A DNA stretch of 64,000 nucleotides from Acidiferrobacteraceae bacterium (lineage in GTDB: Bacteria > Pseudomonadota > Gammaproteobacteria > Acidiferrobacterales > SZUA-150), in contig QIGL01000052.1 in NCBI GenBank assembly GCA_003228915.1, forward strand, positions 13,090-77,089, in the 5' to 3' direction. A program made the position numbers and the translations under genes. The notes under the pieces are model-generated. The model worked only from the letters and a program-made list of their open reading frames with translations, did no database searches and was not told where the DNA came from. Shown one piece after another: positions 58,596 through 64,000 of this stretch; positions within the stretch are counted from its first letter, which is position 1; every line of letters begins with the position of its first letter.

Positions 58596-59939
58596 TTAAA
58601 ATAATTCTACGTTCGGTCCGCTATTGGGAAGTGCATTTTCCTTGCCGGTTGTGTTGTTACTACTTCTTGGCAGAGGTTTTCCGTTTGTAGCAGATTTTGT
58701 TTGCTGATCTTGTGCCGCCAGTTCGCTATCCCAATTGCTTGCAAGCCCAAGACTGTTGGTTTCATTTGTGAGTAAATCGATTGCAGAAGCAAGGTTGTCC
58801 ATAGGGGTAGTAATACTATTTAGCTTCTGGGAGATGATGTCGTGAAATTGAAGTGAAATAACCACGTTTTGTACGTCCTGGGCAATTTCTTTGCTGATGG
58901 TGTTGATGTCGCTTACCGTATCGGCAACCTCACGGTTTTTATCTTCCAGTGTTTTTGTAAGTGTCCTGATTTCATTCTTGATATTGTTTGCATGAGCCAT
59001 ATCTTTCGATGTCAGTGTTTGCATATTGCTGTAGGTGGCGTTGAGTCCATTTTTTACCATCCTGAGATGATTGCGAATTTCATGGCTAAAAACATTGGAG
59101 CGTTTGCTAAGTCGCCTGACTTCCTGGGCGACAATACCAAAACCACGTCCGGCATCGCCGGCACGGGATGCTTCGATATCAGCATTTAATGCCAACAGGC
59201 TTGTTTGATCAGCGAGCTTGCCAACATCAAGCAAAAACCCATCGATAGCTTGTGTCCGGTCTTTCACATCATCCAGATCCCTGACCATCTTTACGGACAA
59301 GTCGGCTACGCGCATTACCTCATCTGCCATTTTGTTCAGGCGCTCATCTGAAACTCGTATAAAATCCTGGAGTGATTGGGGCGAGCCATCACTGGTAGCG
59401 CCTTGTGTGCCTTCGAGCAGATTCATGGCCTGGCTAGCTTGTAACGTAGCTTTATTGATAACAGTTTTAAAGCTACTGGCGATTGTATCTGTCGCATCTT
59501 CACTCTGTTTTATTACTTCGTTTATCTGTCCATCCAGGTGGTGTTTAACAGCATTAAATTGTTTGGCAAGTTCTGCCCATTTTCTAACAAGTCCATCAAT
59601 GCGCCGTCTTTCACTTGCTCCGGCCATAGTCGTTAGCATGTCATCAATTTTTGGTAGCTGGTCAATCTCACCTTTGGCGGGTTCAATTGCAGATCTTAAT
59701 TGCTCATCAATGGCATCAATTGGCGATGTTTTTTCATCAAGCGAAACATCCTGATATTCATCAAAATCATCATGTTTCCTGACATAGTCCAGGATTAAAA
59801 CCATGGCAATTGCCGTGCTGAGTCCGCTACTAATTGCCACCCAAATCGAAACAAAGGAGACGGTTAAAAGCCACGAGCTTGCAATGAACAGTGTAGTCAA
59901 GACCCAAAATATTTTATTTTTTGATGTTTTTGTGTTCAC
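58596..59939 (-). CDS. Methyl-accepting chemotaxis protein without a periplasmic sensor domain
   Basis: Two adjacent N-terminal TM helices. Signalling hairpin LALNADIEASRAGDAGRGFGIVAQEVRRLS. C-terminus ...GPNVELF. Confidence 0.9.
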   Translation of the reverse strand: MNTKTSKNKIFWVLTTLFIASSWLLTVSFVSIWVAISSGLSTAIAMVLILDYVRKHDDFDEYQDVSLDEKTSPIDAIDEQLRSAIEPAKGEIDQLPKIDDMLTTMAGASERRRIDGLVRKWAELAKQFNAVKHHLDGQINEVIKQSEDATDTIASSFKTVINKATLQASQAMNLLEGTQGATSDGSPQSLQDFIRVSDERLNKMADEVMRVADLSVKMVRDLDDVKDRTQAIDGFLLDVGKLADQTSLLALNADIEASRAGDAGRGFGIVAQEVRRLSKRSNVFSHEIRNHLRMVKNGLNATYSNMQTLTSKDMAHANNIKNEIRTLTKTLEDKNREVADTVSDINTISKEIAQDVQNVVISLQFHDIISQKLNSITTPMDNLASAIDLLTNETNSLGLASNWDSELAAQDQQTKSATNGKPLPRSSNNTTGKENALPNSGPNVELF

Positions 59940-59960
59940 TATAATCCCTGAGAGTTGTCG

Positions 59961-60272
59961 TTAAGCGCCATGCAGACCAAGCGCATCCTTCATACCGGTA
60001 TATTCAATGCATTCACGAAATTCTTTACTGGTTTCAGCCCAGCTGACAGTTTTTTTCAGGCGTATTGCTTCTTGAGTACAAGCAATAAGCAATTGCAAAA
60101 CAGAAGTATCGAAGCGAGTTAGTTTTTTAGCATAAAAAATGATTTTGTCCGGTTTTCGTGCCAGCGCCTTGCCCAGATCGGCATACAGCTCATTAGCATT
60201 GCTCACGTCCAGGCTTTCTCCCAGATCAACCACAGTCGCACCATTTTTATGCTGAATTTTTACTAATGCCAT
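59961..60272 (-). CDS. STAS-domain protein (anti-sigma-antagonist fold), first gene of the che operon
   Basis: 103 aa. STAS-like length and pattern. Position at the head of the che cluster. Confidence 0.65.
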   Translation of the reverse strand: MALVKIQHKNGATVVDLGESLDVSNANELYADLGKALARKPDKIIFYAKKLTRFDTSVLQLLIACTQEAIRLKKTVSWAETSKEFRECIEYTGMKDALGLHGA

Positions 60273-60648
60273 GATCTTAATGTCTGCCTAATAACTTGAA
60301 TATAAACAGCAAGTTACGAGTAAAATTTGGGTGAAAAAATCTCGGTGAGTAGACGAGGTTTTAGCGAACCTGACTTAAACATAGCAATAATTACGCAATT
60401 GTCACGGTGTCGTCAGTGATAAAAATAGTTATTAAAAACAACAGAATAAGACTAAAAAAAGACGCTATATGTCATTTCAGAAGAATGGCCTGATTATGAC
60501 AAACCTAATTTGACGAATACCATGATATGGATTGACAACAGGATTTGTCTGGACTATTTAATTTAATGTGAGTGCAAGTAGAATTGCCAGCAAAGAGACT
60601 AAATTATTGATCCTGGATTGTTGATCCCGGCTTTCCTGAAGGAAAAAA

Positions 60649-61224
60649 ATGAAACCATCTACCGTTATTACCCCCAAGTCTACATCCAGCGAGCCTGATC
60701 TTGACTGGAGCCAGGTCAGGGAGACCATCCTGATGTTAAATTTAGCGACTGCGCGCATTGAATACTGTATGCGTGATGGTGACGACTCGGTGAATACCCT
60801 TACTAATTCATTTACCAATATGGCAGGCCACGTGGCCGCCATCAAAAGCGCGCTCGAACAAGTTTGGGAAAATTCTGATGTCGATGAAGTTTTAAAAGAT
60901 GGTGTGTTGGGTAACTGCAACGAAATCAGTACAAAAATGCACAGTGTTATTGTGGCATTTCAGTTTTATGATAAGCTGGTACAGCGCCTGGCCCATATAA
61001 GTCGCAGCATGTCTGCTTTGGCTTCTCTTGTCTCAGATCCGTCTCGTTTGTATTCACCTTATGAATGGAAAGGACTGCAAGAAAAAATACGCTCCCAGTA
61101 CTCATTGTCAGACGAAGTAAAAATGTTTGATGCCGTTCTAGAGGGGGCAAGTATTGAAGAGGTAGTGAAATTGATGGAAGAACAGGATAGGTCCCGCAAA
61201 GATAGTGATGTCGAACTTTTCTAG
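60649..61224 (+). CDS. Soluble mini-receptor-like protein: paralog of the MCP flanking helices, lacking the signalling tip
   Basis: 191 aa. DSVNTLTNSFTNMAGHV resembles MCP DATDTIASSFKTVINKA. VIVAFQFYDKLVQRLAHI resembles MCP VVISLQFHDIISQKLNSI. Ends DSDVELF. Confidence 0.6.
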   Translation: MKPSTVITPKSTSSEPDLDWSQVRETILMLNLATARIEYCMRDGDDSVNTLTNSFTNMAGHVAAIKSALEQVWENSDVDEVLKDGVLGNCNEISTKMHSVIVAFQFYDKLVQRLAHISRSMSALASLVSDPSRLYSPYEWKGLQEKIRSQYSLSDEVKMFDAVLEGASIEEVVKLMEEQDRSRKDSDVELF

Positions 61225-61238
61225 CCAGGTGTTATTGT

Positions 61239-62462
61239 CTACTTGGCAATTTGATTAATTATTATTTCTAACGTTTCCGGGTGTGCGCTTGATACCGCAG
61301 GGCTATAACCCTCAAGATCGCCAGGTTTTGAAATAGGCCCACCGCTTTTGGAAATTCTGGCACCTATTATTACTTGACTCACGCTGGAGATTGTTCTGCC
61401 AGGGATCATGGCGCTGTCATCATTCAATACAATTTCTACTGGCAAATCACTGACCCGCATTCGCTTTCCGGCCAATGGTATTCGTGGTCCTTTAGCCGCA
61501 CGTGCAAAAATAAATAAAGTAGCATCCTGTGGCGCTGCATCTTTAAGTTTTTTAGCGAGCCTGACTTTAACCCGAATGCCTGTTTTATCCTGATCAGGCA
61601 CATTATCTTTTGATGCAGGCTGGCTGCTTCTATCCGCTTTACCTCCCAGTTGGCTGATGTATTGGCGAACTTTTTGTGCCGACTCATGATCCGGTGGCAG
61701 GCTGGCCAGGAGTGTTTGCCAGTAACCTATCGCTTTTTTCTTGTTACCTGCTTGCATCTCGGCATGTCCGGCCAACCAGAGTGCGCGCGGGTGGTTTTTA
61801 TTTACTTTAAGCGCTTTCTCAATAAGCTTGAGTGGACGACCCTGCAATTGGTTATTCTGGACAATAGCCAGTGACTCAGCCAGGCCAGTAAGAACATCTG
61901 CATCTGCAGGAGTGAGCGTGTAGGCTTTTTCGTAAGCTATCAACGCTTTATCAAACTGGTTTACTGCTGCGTAGGTTCTGCCTAACATGGTCCATCCAAG
62001 CGCGTTACCAGGTTCAGATTTAAGTCGTTTTTCAAGACCTGCAATCATTTTTTTGATATCTGGATTCATTTGCTGGTGGCTGGTGATTGCAATCTTGCCA
62101 GTTGCAACATCCTTATTGCCCAGCAGAATATAGAGACTTATAGAAAGGGCGGGCACCAGAATAAAAGTAGCAACAATAGTTTGTTTGGACCATGTTTTAG
62201 AAGTACTGCTCATTTTTGCCTGATCTTCTGGAATATCGGATAAAAGTTGTAGTTTAAGCTCCGAAACTGCAACATCATATTGATCCTGATCCAGTACATC
62301 ATTATTCAAGTCAAGCTCAAGCTCTGCCAGGCGACGTTTAAAAAGCAGGATATTAAGCTCATTGCTTTCAAGCGCGGTTGTGTCCAGCTTGCGCCAATAG
62401 GGAAGCGTCGCAATAGCGAGCGCGATGAGTATAAATAATGTTATGACAATCCAAAAAGTCAT
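61239..62462 (-). CDS. ccmI: Cytochrome c-type biogenesis protein CcmI (TPR)
   Basis: N-terminal TM, second TM, TPR-like repeats. Position after ccmH. Confidence 0.8.
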   Translation of the reverse strand: MTFWIVITLFILIALAIATLPYWRKLDTTALESNELNILLFKRRLAELELDLNNDVLDQDQYDVAVSELKLQLLSDIPEDQAKMSSTSKTWSKQTIVATFILVPALSISLYILLGNKDVATGKIAITSHQQMNPDIKKMIAGLEKRLKSEPGNALGWTMLGRTYAAVNQFDKALIAYEKAYTLTPADADVLTGLAESLAIVQNNQLQGRPLKLIEKALKVNKNHPRALWLAGHAEMQAGNKKKAIGYWQTLLASLPPDHESAQKVRQYISQLGGKADRSSQPASKDNVPDQDKTGIRVKVRLAKKLKDAAPQDATLFIFARAAKGPRIPLAGKRMRVSDLPVEIVLNDDSAMIPGRTISSVSQVIIGARISKSGGPISKPGDLEGYSPAVSSAHPETLEIIINQIAK

Positions 62463-62475
62463 TTGTACAGGTACC

Positions 62476-62970
62476 CTAAAATTTTGGTCCGATTAATTTA
62501 TTCAGGCGGTCTTCAGCCTTGTTGTCAAGCGTGACTTTTTGTGCCTGACGGCCTCTTTTTTTAATTATTCCAATGACAAAAAATAATGCCAGGATGACAA
62601 GGATGCCAGGAAGAAACCAGAGCAGGAAAGTCTGGGCATTTAGGGGCGGGCGATAGAGTATGAAATTACCATAACGAGCCACAAGATAATCTATTACTTC
62701 CTGATCAGACTTGCCTGCGATAATCATATCGTACACTTCTTTGCGTAAATCCTGTGCCAATTCGGCATTTGAGTCTGCGATGGACTGGTTCTGGCACACC
62801 AGGCAACGTAACTGTCCGATCAAATTCTTAAATCGCGCCTCTTTTTTGGCATCGGTAAATACCAGGGGATCAACAGCAGCTGCAGTAGCATTTTTTTGAG
62901 TAAGCAGACCCAGGCTTAACAAAAGTGCAAATGAGATAAAAAAATATTTTAATAACTCGTTGGCACTCAC
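62476..62970 (-). CDS. ccmH: Cytochrome c-type biogenesis protein CcmH
   Basis: LRCLVCQNQSIADS (the LRCxxCQ motif) and a C-terminal TM. Confidence 0.9.
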   Translation of the reverse strand: MSANELLKYFFISFALLLSLGLLTQKNATAAAVDPLVFTDAKKEARFKNLIGQLRCLVCQNQSIADSNAELAQDLRKEVYDMIIAGKSDQEVIDYLVARYGNFILYRPPLNAQTFLLWFLPGILVILALFFVIGIIKKRGRQAQKVTLDNKAEDRLNKLIGPKF

Positions 62971-64000
62971 GAAACACCGGCTTCCATATTTTCATCATTT
63001 TTCAGGCTCACCTGTTTCTTTTTGACGGCAAGCCGATAACGCCTGTCACCCACGGCCAATGCACCCCCCAAAGCCATAAAAATAGTACCTATCCATATCC
63101 ATCTTACGTACGGCTTGTAGTAGATACGAATACTCCAGGCACCTGCATCAAGGGGCTCGCCCATGGCGACATACAAATCTCTAAACAAGCCCGGGTTGAT
63201 TGCCGCTTCAGTCATCGGATTGCTTTGAACAATGTAAGTACGTTTTTGGGGCCTGAGTGTGGTAACCGGTTTGCCTGATTTAGTGATAATAATTTTGCCT
63301 TGTTTGGCCTGGAAGTTGGGGCCGGTATAATCTTCTATCCCATCGAACCGGAATGTGTAACCGCCAATGTCACGGCTTTGGCCAATATCCATTCGCACAT
63401 CTTTTTCAATACTATAGGCGGAAGCAAAAGTTACACCAATTACAAGAACCGCAATACCGATATGTGCCAGCGTCATGCCGTAAAAAGCCAACGGTGTGGT
63501 TTTGATTCCTGTGACCAGGTTATTTTTTAATTGAATTCTTTTCCAGAGATTTAGCAAGGCACTGCTTACAATCCAGATAGCCAGGGTAATACTAAACAAC
63601 ACGCCAAGAGAAAGTTCTGCAGTGGCAACCCAAGTGAATATCACCGCGATTATAAAACTAAAAAGTAAAACCAGGCGCAGGTGACGCATTAGCTTGACGG
63701 GGTCATCTTTTTTCCAGCGCATGAGCGGCCCAATACCCATCAAAAACAATAGCGGTATCATGATTGGTACAAACACGCGGGAGAAATAGGGCGGGCCGAC
63801 AGAAATTTTTCCTAAACCCAGTGCATCCAGAACCAATGGATAAAGTGTGCCGATCAGAACTGCAGCACAAGCAACCACTAACAAAACGTTGTTAATCAAC
63901 AGTAAGGATTCTCGCGACACTAATTGAAATTTCCCGAAGCTTCGAATTTGCGGGCCGCGCCAGGCATAAAGCGTCAGTGAGCCGCCAATGACAATGGCAA
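62967..64000 (-). CDS. ccmF: Cytochrome c heme lyase subunit CcmF (C-terminal part; the gene continues past the window end)
   Basis: The frame stays open upstream of the track's GTG at 63920 (...AIVIGGSLTLYAWRGPQIRSFGKFQLVSRESLLL...). Multi-TM CcmF-like sequence. 4-nt overlap with ccmH. Confidence 0.9.
   Translation of the reverse strand, partial: AIVIGGSLTLYAWRGPQIRSFGKFQLVSRESLLLINNVLLVVACAAVLIGTLYPLVLDALGLGKISVGPPYFSRVFVPIMIPLLFLMGIGPLMRWKKDDPVKLMRHLRLVLLFSFIIAVIFTWVATAELSLGVLFSITLAIWIVSSALLNLWKRIQLKNNLVTGIKTTPLAFYGMTLAHIGIAVLVIGVTFASAYSIEKDVRMDIGQSRDIGGYTFRFDGIEDYTGPNFQAKQGKIIITKSGKPVTTLRPQKRTYIVQSNPMTEAAINPGLFRDLYVAMGEPLDAGAWSIRIYYKPYVRWIWIGTIFMALGGALAVGDRRYRLAVKKKQVSLKNDENMEAGVS

Overview
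Chromosomal window from a Gammaproteobacteria-like genome. The housekeeping gene order matches the enterobacterial syntenies tig-clpP-clpX-lon-ppiD and mltD-gloB-yafS-rnhA-dnaQ. Also ordinary: folD (partial), fabI, moaA, gltX, ccmF(partial)-ccmH-ccmI, 11 tRNA genes in four clusters, and a yejABEF-like ABC importer. No transposase, integrase, CRISPR array or rRNA was seen.

The unusual content, most interesting first:
1. 1.6-5.2 kb: an ECF sigma / anti-sigma pair. The anti-sigma periplasmic domain is a DsrE-like fold. It sits next to a secreted DsrE-like paralog and a porin. The divergent intergenic region holds two mirror-image, near-identical ECF-type promoters.
2. 39.4-49.5 kb: an accessory-looking stretch that starts at a tRNA-Glu with a duplicated 3' end. 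It contains a second DsrE-like gene, a YVTN beta-propeller gene, an MMPL/RND exporter with LolA-like and beta-barrel partners, two small genes below the ORF-track cutoff (a His-rich membrane peptide and a YHS-domain protein), and an SQR/NDH-2-like flavoprotein. A recurring promoter-embedded TGTGT-N3-ACACA box precedes several of these units.
3. 28.3-33.7 kb: a 1780-aa lipoprotein built from 12 Ig-like modules plus SBBP beta-propeller repeats, encoded by near-identical 336-bp DNA repeats.
4. 50.9-61.2 kb: a solitary dynamin-like GTPase, convergent on a STAS-MCP-CheY-CheA-CheW-CheR-CheD-CheB operon. A divergent mini-receptor paralog shares the MCP C-terminal VELF tail.

All calls come from reading the sequence and the ORF translations by eye. 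No database search was run.
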